Of a stretch of 64,000 bases of DNA, positions 35,686-47,100 are shown piece after piece. Below the pieces are notes generated by a model. It searched no databases, had not been told where the DNA came from, and saw only the letters and a list, made by a program, of their open reading frames with translations. Source of the stretch: an uncultured Gammaproteobacteria bacterium (GTDB taxonomy: Bacteria; Patescibacteriota; Patescibacteriia; Magasanikbacterales; GWA2-37-8); the NCBI GenBank assembly GCA_964540825.1, contig CAZINT010000004.1, positions 24,835 through 88,834 on the forward strand, written 5' to 3'. A program made the position numbers and the translations under genes. The first letter of the stretch is position 1, and the number at the start of each line of letters is the position of its first letter.

Positions 35686-37533
35686 TTAGTAAAGATTAAG
35701 TCTTCCCTCCTCAAATTTTTTAGTATCTAAGCGGCTGTTTTCATTTAACCAATTTAAGAAGTTGTCACGTCTTGCACCATTCATCAGCTGCACCTGTGAC
35801 TTAACTCCAAACATCGGGAACGCATATGCTTTTTTAACCACCCCGTCTTGCAGCACCAAGCCCACGCTCAATCCTTCTTGCGTTTCCTCGGAAAAATACT
35901 GATCAAAAATAAAGTTGCCGAGCGAATAGAAAATCGGTTTACCTTTATAGATCTCGCTTTCTTCAATCACATGCGGATGGGCCCCAATAACTGCGCTGAC
36001 GCCCTGATCGATGAAACTATGCGCCAGATCACGTTCTTGCTGACGCGAAATGCGCTGATATTCGACGCCCCAGTGCATCATCACAATAATATAGCGTGCT
36101 TTTGCCTTGGCATCTTTAATCGCGGCCGAAATTTTTGCCGTATCCATAGGGTGATCGGTCGTATTAATCCCGATAAAAGCAATTTGTTCGTCGCTGCTTG
36201 GCAGCTTGGAAAACCAGGTATACTCCGGCCCTTCACGTAGTTCGTCGCCAAAATATCCGATACCAGCCTTATTGAGTGTCTCGTGGGTAAAATCCACATT
36301 TGCCCAGCCCATATCGAGCGTGTGGTTGTTGGCCAGGCTGACTGCGGTAAAACCGTAATCCTTAATTTGATCAGCCAATTTTGGATCGAAACGAAAAGCA
36401 ATTGTTTTAGTCGTGGGCACACGTGTTGGTGCAAACGGGCCTTCGAGGTTGGCAATCAAAAAATCCATACCCTTGAAAAACCGATTTTCTTGCCCTTTAA
36501 GCTTGGCAAAAAGATAATCCAATCCTTCGCTCCCAAAGGCTTTGGCAACATTACGGTCAAGCATTATGTCGCCAAAAAACTGTATTGTGGTAATCGGCGT
36601 CTCTGTCGATTTTCCAGCGGTGTAATAGCCAATTATATGACTCGTCGTTTCAGTCGTGGTTGGATTTTGACTTATTGTTCCGCTGTTGGTTGATGAAAGT
36701 AGCGTAAACTTTTGAGCCTGTAGTATCTGGTTATAATAGAGCAAAAAATATAAACTTTTTGGACTGTCTACTTCCAGCTTACTAACACGATCCAGATCGC
36801 CGACTGCCAAAACATTGCGTGATAATTCATCATGAAAACTCGCGACCGCTTCAGGCAGGTAATGCGAAAAATCTACGCTCGCGAGCACCAAACTATTTTT
36901 TGGTAAAATCTCAGTCAAAGTTTTGGCAAGCTGTTCAAGCGTCGAAGTGGGTGTATTCTCTTTTACAATCAGCGGTACGATTTGAGCATTTTTCCACGTA
37001 CGCTTAATAAACGGCACGTCAGCCCCAATCGTGTGCTCCGGATCAATCACTGTTTCATCAACTGCCGCAATTTTTTGATCCACCAGTTTTTGGACGATAT
37101 CCTGATCAACATTTAAGGTGCCATAGGGTGTTTTCCATGCACCAAGACTCGTAATAACGGGGCTACGTCCGGCTTGGGCATGGTTGGGACCCACAAGGAC
37201 CACGATCGGCGGATTTTGCTCGGCAAGTGCATTAAAAAAACGAGCTTCGTAGACCCCGGCTACCAAGTGATGAGGAATAACACCCGAGACAACTTTTTCT
37301 TTGGCAGCTACGGCCTTATTAGTTTCTGCCGCAATAAAATAGCGGTCATACACTGCAGGGTCAAGAAAGCTGGCCTTGTGTTCGACACGGGGCAATTCGG
37401 ATGAAGCGTGAAACCACGAAATTGATCGAGTGTCGGGGGTGCTCGGAGTATTTTTTTTGAAGAACCACAGCCCTCCAATTACTGCCCCAAGTATCAATAA
37501 AACCCCGGTTATTCTGGTGATTTTGAGTATCAT
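35686..37533 (-). CDS. Membrane-anchored MEMO1/AmmeMemoRadiSam-B plus CapA (PGA_cap) fusion
   Basis: N-terminal TM; MEMO-like PHH, GPNH, EH, ASVDFSHY; CapA-like GDIMLDR, ANLEG, LANNH, HWGVEY, GAHPHV, YSLGNFIFDQ. Confidence 0.88.
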   Translation of the reverse strand: MILKITRITGVLLILGAVIGGLWFFKKNTPSTPDTRSISWFHASSELPRVEHKASFLDPAVYDRYFIAAETNKAVAAKEKVVSGVIPHHLVAGVYEARFFNALAEQNPPIVVLVGPNHAQAGRSPVITSLGAWKTPYGTLNVDQDIVQKLVDQKIAAVDETVIDPEHTIGADVPFIKRTWKNAQIVPLIVKENTPTSTLEQLAKTLTEILPKNSLVLASVDFSHYLPEAVASFHDELSRNVLAVGDLDRVSKLEVDSPKSLYFLLYYNQILQAQKFTLLSSTNSGTISQNPTTTETTSHIIGYYTAGKSTETPITTIQFFGDIMLDRNVAKAFGSEGLDYLFAKLKGQENRFFKGMDFLIANLEGPFAPTRVPTTKTIAFRFDPKLADQIKDYGFTAVSLANNHTLDMGWANVDFTHETLNKAGIGYFGDELREGPEYTWFSKLPSSDEQIAFIGINTTDHPMDTAKISAAIKDAKAKARYIIVMMHWGVEYQRISRQQERDLAHSFIDQGVSAVIGAHPHVIEESEIYKGKPIFYSLGNFIFDQYFSEETQEGLSVGLVLQDGVVKKAYAFPMFGVKSQVQLMNGARRDNFLNWLNENSRLDTKKFEEGRLNLY

Positions 37534-37562
37534 AGCAGAGCTATACTAACGCAAATATACAT

Positions 37563-37596
37563 AAAAAACAAGAAGGGCAGCAAACCGCCCTTCTTG
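37563..37596 (-). terminator. Intrinsic terminator
   Basis: CAAGAAGGGC...GCCCTTCTTG with minus-strand T tail. Confidence 0.7.
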
Positions 37597-37611
37597 AGTA
37601 AATACAGGTTT

Positions 37612-39339
37612 TTAACGCACTACCCCACCCCATTCAATAACTGTAAATCCACTGCGCTTTGGCGTTGTCCCCAAATTTTCCGGCTCTACGGAAATTGGCC
37701 GATCAAGGGGTGTGTAGTCCATAAGGATGCGAACAATGGTATCTGGTTTTGGATTAATCGTCAGCGGAGCGAGCACATCCATTTGCCGAGTTCCAAGGAA
37801 CGTTACAAAGTAATACGGTTTCGCTTGCATACGGGGCAGCCAGAACTCCAGAAAATCAGCCGTTTCTTTGGCATTCATACCAAGATACGCCAATTTTTCT
37901 TTAAGGAAACTTTCTACTTCTGTCTTTTTAACAACGAAACCTGTTTTTGGTGTTTGGTATAACCCACCGCGGCCTTCCCAGAACAAATACGGATAGGTTT
38001 TACCTGTTTTCATTTCAGTAAGTGCGCCATTTGGTTCGGCGACCACATTCCACCCTTGATTATATTCAGGGTCGCTATAACTAAGACCGCCCTTTGGCTC
38101 AACTTTAACACTTACTGCCGTAGTTTTTTCGGGATAGAGATAAATAACCGGTTTACCGCATTCAGCCATAGAACCAAGCTCTGATTTACTGAGTTTAACT
38201 AAGCGACCAAAGGGATCAACCCAGAATACCAGGGGGTGCATACTTACAAACTCCGCGTAGCTAATCTTGTCGCCATCACGCCCAGGAGAATAGCTATTGT
38301 CATAGTAATCTTTGAGCATCTTATTATTGGCATCTTTGAGTTCATACACGGTATCGCCTTTACTTGTTTTGCCAGCCGCCTTAAGATCACGCGCAATAGT
38401 AATGTCGGTCGGCGGGACAACGGAAAGAAAATCACTGCTGCCGCACCCACCGCGGGTTGTGTATCCATACTCACTCGTATTTACAGTACCGTCATTCCAC
38501 GTAATAGCTGGAACCGACACATTTTCTTTATGAGTAAAGAAATCTGGCTGCAAAGTATAAATAATCGTAAAACCGTCAGGACTTACAAAATAAAAAGCGC
38601 CGGTACTTGTCGAAGTATACAGCGGTCCATGTGCCGCATCAGTAAGGAGCACAGGGGCAGTCTTGTCAGCTGTAATAGTTGGACTAAAAAAGATATAACT
38701 TTGCTTAGTAAGTACCTGCCGATCATTTTTTACCGTGATTGTTTCTGGAAAATCAAACAACGGGAGTGTAAAGTCAGTATCAACTACTAATTTTGAACCG
38801 AGTGAGGGGTTCCAAATAGATGTACTGCCACCATAATCTGAATAATATGTTTCGGAATATTTGCTAAGAAGTATTATCTGACCGCCGTATTCAACAAGGC
38901 GCATATTGGTGGAAGGACCCATGCCATCCGGTGGAACTGTCAATAATATAACGCGCCCTGGTTGTCCGTTGTACGTGAATGCTCCAATCTGAGCATAGTC
39001 TGACTGCTCTTCGTAATTAAACTCGTTTTTTGAAGTCAAATAACCCAATCGCGCAATTGGGCGCGGTGTATACCAGTTTATTTGACCAGCCAAGTCTGCG
39101 GGAAGTTTGGTTGTCTGAAGTGAAGTTGTTGCAGTACCTACGCCCGGGTCAGTAGTGGTTGGAACATCAATTACCTGATTATCCGGTGTATCGTCAGGCA
39201 AAGTATTTGCAGGCGCCGAGTTTGAATTCGGAACACCAGGCATACTTGGGCGATACAGCCAATACCAAACAGAAAAAGCTAGGAGCAGAACAACAATTCC
39301 TGCCGCGGCTATCGCCAGGTTGCGACGCGTAGTATTCAT
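37612..39339 (-). CDS. Membrane-anchored extracellular protein with C-terminal KPVIYLYP-type domain
   Basis: N-terminal TM, P/T-rich linker, C-terminal KPVIYLYP...YLFWEG...EWGG. Confidence 0.8.
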   Translation of the reverse strand: MNTTRRNLAIAAAGIVVLLLAFSVWYWLYRPSMPGVPNSNSAPANTLPDDTPDNQVIDVPTTTDPGVGTATTSLQTTKLPADLAGQINWYTPRPIARLGYLTSKNEFNYEEQSDYAQIGAFTYNGQPGRVILLTVPPDGMGPSTNMRLVEYGGQIILLSKYSETYYSDYGGSTSIWNPSLGSKLVVDTDFTLPLFDFPETITVKNDRQVLTKQSYIFFSPTITADKTAPVLLTDAAHGPLYTSTSTGAFYFVSPDGFTIIYTLQPDFFTHKENVSVPAITWNDGTVNTSEYGYTTRGGCGSSDFLSVVPPTDITIARDLKAAGKTSKGDTVYELKDANNKMLKDYYDNSYSPGRDGDKISYAEFVSMHPLVFWVDPFGRLVKLSKSELGSMAECGKPVIYLYPEKTTAVSVKVEPKGGLSYSDPEYNQGWNVVAEPNGALTEMKTGKTYPYLFWEGRGGLYQTPKTGFVVKKTEVESFLKEKLAYLGMNAKETADFLEFWLPRMQAKPYYFVTFLGTRQMDVLAPLTINPKPDTIVRILMDYTPLDRPISVEPENLGTTPKRSGFTVIEWGGVVR

Positions 39340-39404
39340 AGGAATTTTTTAAAACTAAATCTATTATGAGTGTAGCACCGCACCGAGCTTTCGGCAATAT
39401 AGCA

Positions 39405-39428
39405 AAAGCCTCTGGTTAAAGAGGCTTT
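39405..39428 (-). terminator. Terminator-like hairpin
   Basis: AAAGCCTCT-ggttaa-AGAGGCTTT. Confidence 0.6.
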
Positions 39429-39542
39429 AGCATCTATACTACTGTCCTGCCGTCACCTCCCAAAACTTTCATTAACTGAAAATCTCAGGAGGGTCGGGCG
39501 GCAGGGTGAGGGGCCGCAGGAAAAAAGTACCGCGCCGAACGG

Positions 39543-40085
39543 CTATTTGTGATCGTCCGGATCTGTCGGAGCACGTGGCGGCTGGTCGGCGCCCTTCAGC
39601 GCTTCACATTGATCGTAACCAAGCTTGTAGAGAGCGTCAGCATTCGCGTTAGCAAACGCTACGCATGCCTCCGACGTTTCCATCCCAGCTTTTCGAACCG
39701 GGTGGACCGGCAGTCCCAACCACAGCATATCGTACTTTTTTTCGTTCATGCAGTCGATGAATCCGCGCCAAACGATCCGGCGCGAATCGAGACAGTTGGC
39801 CGGCTCTCCTTGGAAAGGCAGGAGTTCAACCGGGGCGGACCGGGGAGGCGCTGCGGGGTGCGGCGCGGGTGCCTGCAGGGTAGCGCCGCCATCGAGCGAA
39901 GCAAGGGCGGCTGGCGCTGCGGGCAGAGCGGAAGGCTGCTTGGCCAGCTGCTCAAGGCACTTTGCCCGAGCTTTTTTGTTTTTCTTGGCTCGGCACTTTT
40001 CTTCCGTCAGTGGCTTTTTAACCGCGAACTTCGGCGCTGCGATCAAGGTGGCCCCGAGGAGCAGGATAAAAAACACGTTATGCAT
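39543..40085 (-). CDS. GC-rich SD-led secreted Cys-containing orphan protein (start corrected to ATG 40085)
   Basis: GAGGTG 5 nt before ATG; signal-like N-terminus; 6 Cys; P/A-rich linker. Confidence 0.75.
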   Translation of the reverse strand: MHNVFFILLLGATLIAAPKFAVKKPLTEEKCRAKKNKKARAKCLEQLAKQPSALPAAPAALASLDGGATLQAPAPHPAAPPRSAPVELLPFQGEPANCLDSRRIVWRGFIDCMNEKKYDMLWLGLPVHPVRKAGMETSEACVAFANANADALYKLGYDQCEALKGADQPPRAPTDPDDHK

Positions 40086-40113
40086 TCTCACACCTCACTC
40101 AAAACTTTCTAAG

Positions 40114-40142
40114 ATACTAGCATAAAACCCTATTAAAATCAA
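40114..40142 (-). promoter_or_regulatory. Sigma70 promoter of orphan gene
   Basis: TTGATT-17 nt-TAGTAT with TG extended -10 on minus strand. Confidence 0.65.
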
Positions 40143-40154
40143 GGGTTTAGGAAT

Positions 40155-40190
40155 AAAAAAACAGCCCCGACACTTATCGAGGCTGTTTTT
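40155..40190 (-). terminator. Terminator after rpoC
   Basis: AAAAACAGCC-x-CGA...TCG-x-GGCTGTTTTT. Confidence 0.8.
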
Positions 40191-40196
40191 GTTTTC

Positions 40197-43100
40197 TTAC
40201 TTTGTTCCTTCAATCTGGTGATACCCCGTACCAACCGGAATAAGGCGACCGATGATAACGTTTTCTTTAAGACCGTCGAGATAGTCAATCTTACCGGTTG
40301 TCGCCGTGTTGATAAGCACACGTGCCGTTTCCTGGAACGATGCAGCCGAGAGGAAGCTCTGCGTCGAGAGCGCAACGCGCGATACACCAAGGAGTAATTC
40401 GCGACCAACAGCGAGTTTGCCGCCGGTTTTTTTGGTTTGACGGTTACCAAGTTCAAGCTGTGCCTTTTCGACAATTTCACCAGGCAAGAGTTCGGTGTCA
40501 CCGGCGTCTTCGACGTACACACGGCTGAACATCTGACGGATGATAAGTTCAACGTGTTTGTCGTTAACTTTCTGACCCTGCGAAGAGTAAATGTTCTGTA
40601 CTTCTTCAAGGATATAGCGCTGTACTGCCGGGCGACCCTTCAGTTCAAAGAGTTCCTGAAGGTGGATAGAGCCATCGGTGAGGCGGTCGCCTTTTTGTAC
40701 GACGTCACCATTCTTTGGGTAAATCTTATAACCCATCGGAATGACATGTTCGTGCACGCGAGGGCCTTCGTAGCTGAGGGTAATAGTATTTTTAGCTACT
40801 TTTACCTGACCAGCATATTTTGCTTTTACTTCTTCACCGGACGATCCGCTTACGACGAGCGTAGCGTCGGCAGCAACGTGGTCGCCATCTTTGACCATAA
40901 CTTCGTCACCGGATTTGGTTTTAATTTTCATTTCTTCCATGCCTTCAAAGTGGACCTTAACGATCTTTTGACCGGTGCGGCCTTCAAAAATTTTCTTGCC
41001 CGTAGGACCGATCACAATCTTACCGTCAGCATCTTCGATTTCTACTTTACCCGTAACAGCAGCAAGGAAAGCCTGGTGTTTTGGACTGCGTACTTCAAAC
41101 AATTCTTCTACACGCGGCAAACCTTGGGTAATATCAGCTCCGGCGACACCACCCGAGTGGAAGGTACGAAGCGTCAGCTGCGTACCCGGTTCACCGATAG
41201 ACTGCGCAGCGATAACACCGACCGCCGAACCGAATTCAACCGGTTTATTCTGAGAAAGGTCAAAACCATAACATTTGCGGCAGACACCTTTTGGCAGGCG
41301 GCACTGGAGGAGACTGCGAACATGAACAGACGGAATTTGTAATTTTTCAACCATGCGGGTCGCCTCGTCATCAATAGCGTCGCCGGCTTTAACGATCACT
41401 TTGCCCTCATGCGTTAAGTCGCTGAGAACATAGCGACCCCAAACGCGAGCAGAGAGTTTTTCACCCATTTCTTTAGACTGTTCGATCGTAAATACTTCAC
41501 CGTTCTTATCACCACAGTCCTCTTCGACAATGACCACGTCTTGTGATACATCAACCAAACGACGAGTTAAGTAACCAGCGTTTGCAGTACGAAGCGCCGA
41601 GTCAGATAAGCCTTTTCTAGTACCATGACTTGAAATAAAGAATTCAAGCACATCGAAACCTTCTTTAAAGTTTCCTTTAATCGGGAGTTCGATAATGTCA
41701 CCCGATGGCGACACCACGAGACCTTTCATACCCATAACCTGACCGAGCTGGCCATAGGTACCACGAGCACCCGAATCAATCATAGCGAATACCGGGCCAT
41801 TTTTGTCGAGAATTTGCTGGTTGTTGGCAACGATCTTATCTTTTGCATCAGTCCAGATTTCAATAATCGTCGTATGACGTTCTGCTTGCGTCAGTAAACC
41901 GTCTTGGTATTGCTGCTCCATATCTCTCATACGAACATCAGCTGCCGCAACAAGCGCCGGTTTTTCGGCGATCTTTGGGAAGTCGTCCATACCAAGCGAA
42001 TACCCGGACTTGGTAACATAGCGGTACCCGAGATTCTTCACTTCATCAAGAAAGCGAGCGGTGCGTTCCTGACCGTAGGTTTCAAGACACAGGCGAATGA
42101 TACCGGCGAGTTTCTTGACGTTAATCGCTTCGTTATAATATGGCATTTTTTCCGGCACGACTTCGTTGAAAAGAAGACGTCCGATTGAAGTTTCCACAAT
42201 GGAACTCGTTCCTTCCGGGAATTTATCAGTATCAGTGAAACGGATTTTAACGCGCTGGTGGAGGGTAATGATGCGGCTCTTATAGGCAAGTTTTGCTTCG
42301 CGTTCGTTGGAGAAAAATTTCGTAACCGGTGCTGTATCGGTGCTGACGTAATGCGTGAGGTAGAAACAACCAAGTACGATATCTTGTTTTGGCGTAATAA
42401 CCGGGTCACCAGTTGCAGGTTTCAAGATATTTTTTTCCGAAGCCATCAAATTTTCTGCTTCAAAGCGAGCACCGGCAGTAAGCGGCAAGTGAACGGCCAT
42501 CTGGTCACCGTCGAAGTCGGCGTTGAACGCGGTACAGGTGAGCGGGTGAAGCTGGATCGCTTTACCTTCAACCAAGCGGGGGTGGAAAGCCTGGATACCG
42601 AGGCGGTGCAGTGTTGGAGCGCGGTTCAAAAGTACGCGGGTAGTCTTCGTTAATTCTTCAAGAATATCCCACACTTCGTCGTGCTCGGCTTCGATGAAGC
42701 GGCTGGCACTGCGAACATTGTGAGCAAGTTCACGCTTAATAATTTCACTAATGATAAATGGTTTAAAAAGCTCTAAGGCCATGCGCTTTGGCAAACCACA
42801 CTCGTCCATATTGAGCTGCGGACCAACGACGATAACCGAGCGACCGGAGTAGTCGACACGTTTACCAAGCAGGTTCTGGCGGAAACGACCTTGCTTACCC
42901 TTGAGGATATCGGCGAGCGAGCGGAGCTGGCGTTTCTGACCGGTAGAAGCGGTAACGGTTTTAGCATGGCGAGCGTTGTTGTCGATAAGGGCGTCCACGG
43001 CTTCCTGGAGCATGCGTTTTTCGTTGCGGCAAATAACTTCCGGAGCATCAAGCTCGGTAAGGCGGCGCAAACGGTTGTTGCGGTTGATCACGCGGCGATA

Positions 43101-44090
43101 GAGATCGTTAAGGTCAGATGTAGCAAAGCGTCCACCATCGAGAGCAACCATTGGGCGCAAGTCTGGAGGAATAACCGGAATGACTTTGAGGATCATCCAT
43201 TCCGGACGAATTTTCGTAGCCATCAAACTCTTGAGTAATTTGCGGCGGCGAATGAGGCGTTCTAATTTGGCACCCTTGGTAGTTTCCTGTTCATCCGTTA
43301 ATTTTTTAACGGTTTCTTCTAGATTGATGCGGGAGAGTAAATTGTGTACTGCCTCAGCACCAATCGAAGCCTCAAAGAGGTGCCCATAGCGAAGCGACAA
43401 TTCTTGATATTTATTTTCCGAAACAATGCGCAAAACCTGAAGTTCTTTAAGATCTTTCTCAGCTTGCTGGAAATCTGCCTCAAGAGCCTTCTCTTTGCGT
43501 TCAGCTTCTTGACCAATAGCATCCAGCGCTTCTGCGCTCGCGCCCTTATCTTTATCTTGAGCGGCTTTAATTTCTTGTTCGCGTTCGCGTTCGATTTGTT
43601 TTTTCTTTTGCTTATATTCCTGACGAAGTAAATCCCCGGTTTGTTTTTTACCTTCCTCGTCAACATGCGTAATAACAAACGAAGCAAAGTAAATAACTTT
43701 TTCAAGTGATTGTGCAGAGAGGTCAAGCACCAAACCAACCTTACTTGGTACGGAACGCAGGAACCAGATATGAGCGGCAGGAGCAACCAGCTCGATGTGA
43801 CCCATGCGTTCACGGCGAACAAGCGAGTGGGTAACTTCTACACCACATTTGTCACAAACAATACCCTTGTAGCGGATTTTTTTATATTTACCACAGTAGC
43901 ATTCCCAATCTTTGACCGGTCCGAAAATTTCTTCGGCGAAAAGACCCCCTTTTTCCGGTTTCTGGGTACGGTAGTTAATGGTTTCTGGTTTGTCGACTTC
44001 GCCATATGACCACCCGCGAATTACTTCGGGAGAAGCCAGTTTGAGGCGAATAGCGTCGAAGTCCATGGAATGAAGTGCGTCTCGAGCCAT
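40197..44090 (-). CDS. rpoC: RNA polymerase beta' subunit
   Basis: CYCGKYK Zn finger, FNADFDGDQM catalytic motif, GEPGTQLT, SAASFQET. Confidence 0.99.
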   Translation of the reverse strand: MARDALHSMDFDAIRLKLASPEVIRGWSYGEVDKPETINYRTQKPEKGGLFAEEIFGPVKDWECYCGKYKKIRYKGIVCDKCGVEVTHSLVRRERMGHIELVAPAAHIWFLRSVPSKVGLVLDLSAQSLEKVIYFASFVITHVDEEGKKQTGDLLRQEYKQKKKQIEREREQEIKAAQDKDKGASAEALDAIGQEAERKEKALEADFQQAEKDLKELQVLRIVSENKYQELSLRYGHLFEASIGAEAVHNLLSRINLEETVKKLTDEQETTKGAKLERLIRRRKLLKSLMATKIRPEWMILKVIPVIPPDLRPMVALDGGRFATSDLNDLYRRVINRNNRLRRLTELDAPEVICRNEKRMLQEAVDALIDNNARHAKTVTASTGQKRQLRSLADILKGKQGRFRQNLLGKRVDYSGRSVIVVGPQLNMDECGLPKRMALELFKPFIISEIIKRELAHNVRSASRFIEAEHDEVWDILEELTKTTRVLLNRAPTLHRLGIQAFHPRLVEGKAIQLHPLTCTAFNADFDGDQMAVHLPLTAGARFEAENLMASEKNILKPATGDPVITPKQDIVLGCFYLTHYVSTDTAPVTKFFSNEREAKLAYKSRIITLHQRVKIRFTDTDKFPEGTSSIVETSIGRLLFNEVVPEKMPYYNEAINVKKLAGIIRLCLETYGQERTARFLDEVKNLGYRYVTKSGYSLGMDDFPKIAEKPALVAAADVRMRDMEQQYQDGLLTQAERHTTIIEIWTDAKDKIVANNQQILDKNGPVFAMIDSGARGTYGQLGQVMGMKGLVVSPSGDIIELPIKGNFKEGFDVLEFFISSHGTRKGLSDSALRTANAGYLTRRLVDVSQDVVIVEEDCGDKNGEVFTIEQSKEMGEKLSARVWGRYVLSDLTHEGKVIVKAGDAIDDEATRMVEKLQIPSVHVRSLLQCRLPKGVCRKCYGFDLSQNKPVEFGSAVGVIAAQSIGEPGTQLTLRTFHSGGVAGADITQGLPRVEELFEVRSPKHQAFLAAVTGKVEIEDADGKIVIGPTGKKIFEGRTGQKIVKVHFEGMEEMKIKTKSGDEVMVKDGDHVAADATLVVSGSSGEEVKAKYAGQVKVAKNTITLSYEGPRVHEHVIPMGYKIYPKNGDVVQKGDRLTDGSIHLQELFELKGRPAVQRYILEEVQNIYSSQGQKVNDKHVELIIRQMFSRVYVEDAGDTELLPGEIVEKAQLELGNRQTKKTGGKLAVGRELLLGVSRVALSTQSFLSAASFQETARVLINTATTGKIDYLDGLKENVIIGRLIPVGTGYHQIEGTK

Positions 44091-44127
44091 AAAAGTAGAA
44101 GATTAATTGGTAGAAAGATGAAATAAA

Positions 44128-47100
44128 TTATGGTTGATATTCGACAACATCATTCGCATCAGCTGGCTTGTTTTTTTCAAGTTCGGCGCGGACTTCTTCG
44201 GCTGGCAGATATTCGCCGGACTCTGTTTTCTTAAGAAGACCAACATCAAGACACAAACCTTTCAATTCACGTACAAGCACATTGAAAGATTCGGGAATAT
44301 TAACGCGGCTGACTTCTTCACCTTTAATAATCGCTTCATAGGCTTTCGAGCGACCCGGTACATCGTCAGATTTAATGGTAAGCATTTCCTGCAACGTGTG
44401 TGCGGCGCCATATGCTTGAAGCGCCCACACTTCCATTTCACCAAAGCGCTGTCCACCGAACTGAGCTTTACCACCAAGCGGCTGCTGGGTAATAAGCGAG
44501 TATGGACCAATTGAACGCTGGTGAATTTTATCTTCGACCATGTGGTTCAATTTCAGCATGTAGTTGTAACCAATGGTAGTTTTGTGATCGAAGGCTTCAC
44601 CTGTGCGACCATCGTAGAGCTGCACCTGGCCGCTTTCCGGGAAACCGGCTTTTTTGAGTTCATTTTTAATCTGTTCTTCAGTAAGACCATTCAACACGGG
44701 AGTAGCGATCTTGTAACCAAGCGCATTGGCAGCAAGGCCAAGGTGTGTCTCAAGCAGCTGACCCAAGTTCATACGGGACACGACACCGAGCGGCGAAAGG
44801 ATGATGTCAACCGGAGTACCATCTTCAAGGAACGGAAGGTCGGCAACCGGAACGATGCGCGACACGACACCTTTGTTACCGTGGCGTCCGGCCATCTTAT
44901 CACCAACCTGGAGCTTGCGAAGGTCGGCAACGGTGACCTGCACTTTCTTGATCACACCCGGTTCAAGTTTGTCACCATTTTCGGCCGAGAAAATCTGCAC
45001 ACCAATAACTTTTCCGTGTTCACCATGTTCGAGGTAGAGGGAAGAATCGCGAACATCGCGTGCCTTTTCACCAAAGATAGCGCGGAGCAGGCGTTCTTCT
45101 GGGCTGAGTTCGGTTTCACCCTTAGGTGTAATCTTACCAACCAAAATATCACCGGATTTAATTTCGGCACCAATGCGGATAATACCTTCGCTATCAAGAT
45201 TCTTGAGTTTTTCTTCACTGACGTTTGGAATATCGGCCGTCACGAGCTCAGGTCCAAGCTTGGTTTCACAGACATCCACAGTATAGTCTTCAATGTGGAT
45301 AGAAGTATAGCAATCCTGCTGCACGAGGCGCTCGGAAATAATTACGGCGTCTTCGTAGTTAAAACCTTCCCAGCACATGTAAGCAACCAGCATGTTTTGA
45401 CCAAGAGCAAGTTCGCCTTCGCGAATCGAAGGACCGTCAGACAATGGCTGACCTTTTTTGACTTTTTCACCGACGTTCACGACCGGGTGCTGGTCGATAC
45501 AGGTGGAAGCGTTGGAGCGAATAAATTTATTTAAATTGTAGGTATAGTTTTGACCCTTTGGTGTGGTAAGCACAATGTGACCACCATCAACTTCGGTAAT
45601 TTCACCATCAGCTTCAGCCAAAACCATATGACCCGAGTACATTGCCGCTTCACGTTCAATACCTGTTCCAACAAGCGGAGGTTCCGGTTTGATACATGGT
45701 ACACTCTGGCGCTGCATGTTCGTTCCCATCAGAGCGCGGGTCGCGTCGTCATGTTCAAGAAAAGGGATGCAGGATGTTGCGATACTTACGATCTGGTTTG
45801 ACGCCACATCGACATAGTCAAGATCAACTGAGGCCGAAACACCAGCAGCACCGTTAACGCGCGCTGGCACGGTTTCCTGAGTAAAGTAGCCGTCATCATC
45901 AGTTTTAACACTCGCCGCAGCAGTAATAACTTTTTCTTCTTTGAAAGAATTGAGGTAGACAATTTCATTGGTTAGACGAGGTTTAACCGGAATCTTTTCA
46001 ATTTTTTCGCTCTTAAGTTTAGCGGCAATTTCTTTGGTAATTTTAGTGCCGTCTTTAACGCTGCCAATGTCACCGCGGAGAATTTCGCCTTCAGCAAGTT
46101 TGCCGTCGTTCGCAACTTCGCGGAGCACTTTGCGGTACGGAGTTTCAATAAAACCAAAATCATTGACGCGAGCATAGCTCGAGAGGTGGTTAACGAGACC
46201 AATGTTCGGTCCTTCTGGAGTAGCAATCGGACAAATACGGCCATAGTGCGTGGTATGCACGTCACGTACTTCAAAGCCGGCGCGGTCGCGCGACAAACCG
46301 CCGGGACCCAAAGCAGACAAACGGCGTTTGTGCTCAAGTTCAGCCAGTGGGTTGGTCTGGTCCATGAACTGGGAGAGCTGCGAACTCATGAAGAACTCGC
46401 GAATAGCACTTGTTACCGGGCGCGCATTGATAAGCTTGTTTGGAGTGAGCTGTTCAAGCTCATAAGTGCTCATGCGATCTTTAATGATACGCTCCATACG
46501 AGCGAGACCAACACGAAAACGATTCTGAGCAAGTTCACCTACCGCGCGAATACGGCGGTTGCCAAGATGATCCACATCATCTGGTTCTTCCTGGGTAACG
46601 TTCAGGCGAACAACTTCTTTTAAAACTTGGAGTAATTTTTCTGGCGACAACACGCGATTTTCTTTCTTGTCGTAATCAGCTTCGGTGTAGCCAAGATCAA
46701 ATTTGGTATTGAATTTATACACACCAACGCGGCCCAAATCGTAGCGATCAAAGTTGAAGAACATGGCGTAGATAAGACTCTTGGCATTGTCAGCGGTCGC
46801 AAGATCACCCGGGCGAATACGTTTGTAGACTTCGATAAGACCTTCTTCCTGAGTCTTGGCAATATCTTTTTTGAACATTGCTTCGACGTAGTCAATTGTT
46901 GGATGGTTATTAACGTCTTTGAAAGCTTCAATCAATTTTTCATCCTCATGCATACCAAATGCACGCAGCAGTGACGTTGCCGACACTTTGCGTTTGCGGT
47001 CTACCTTGATCCACATCACGTTGCTGAGGTCGGTTTCTACTTCGATCCAAGCACCGCGGTTCGGGATAATTTTAGCGCCATAATAGCGGCGTCCACGAAC

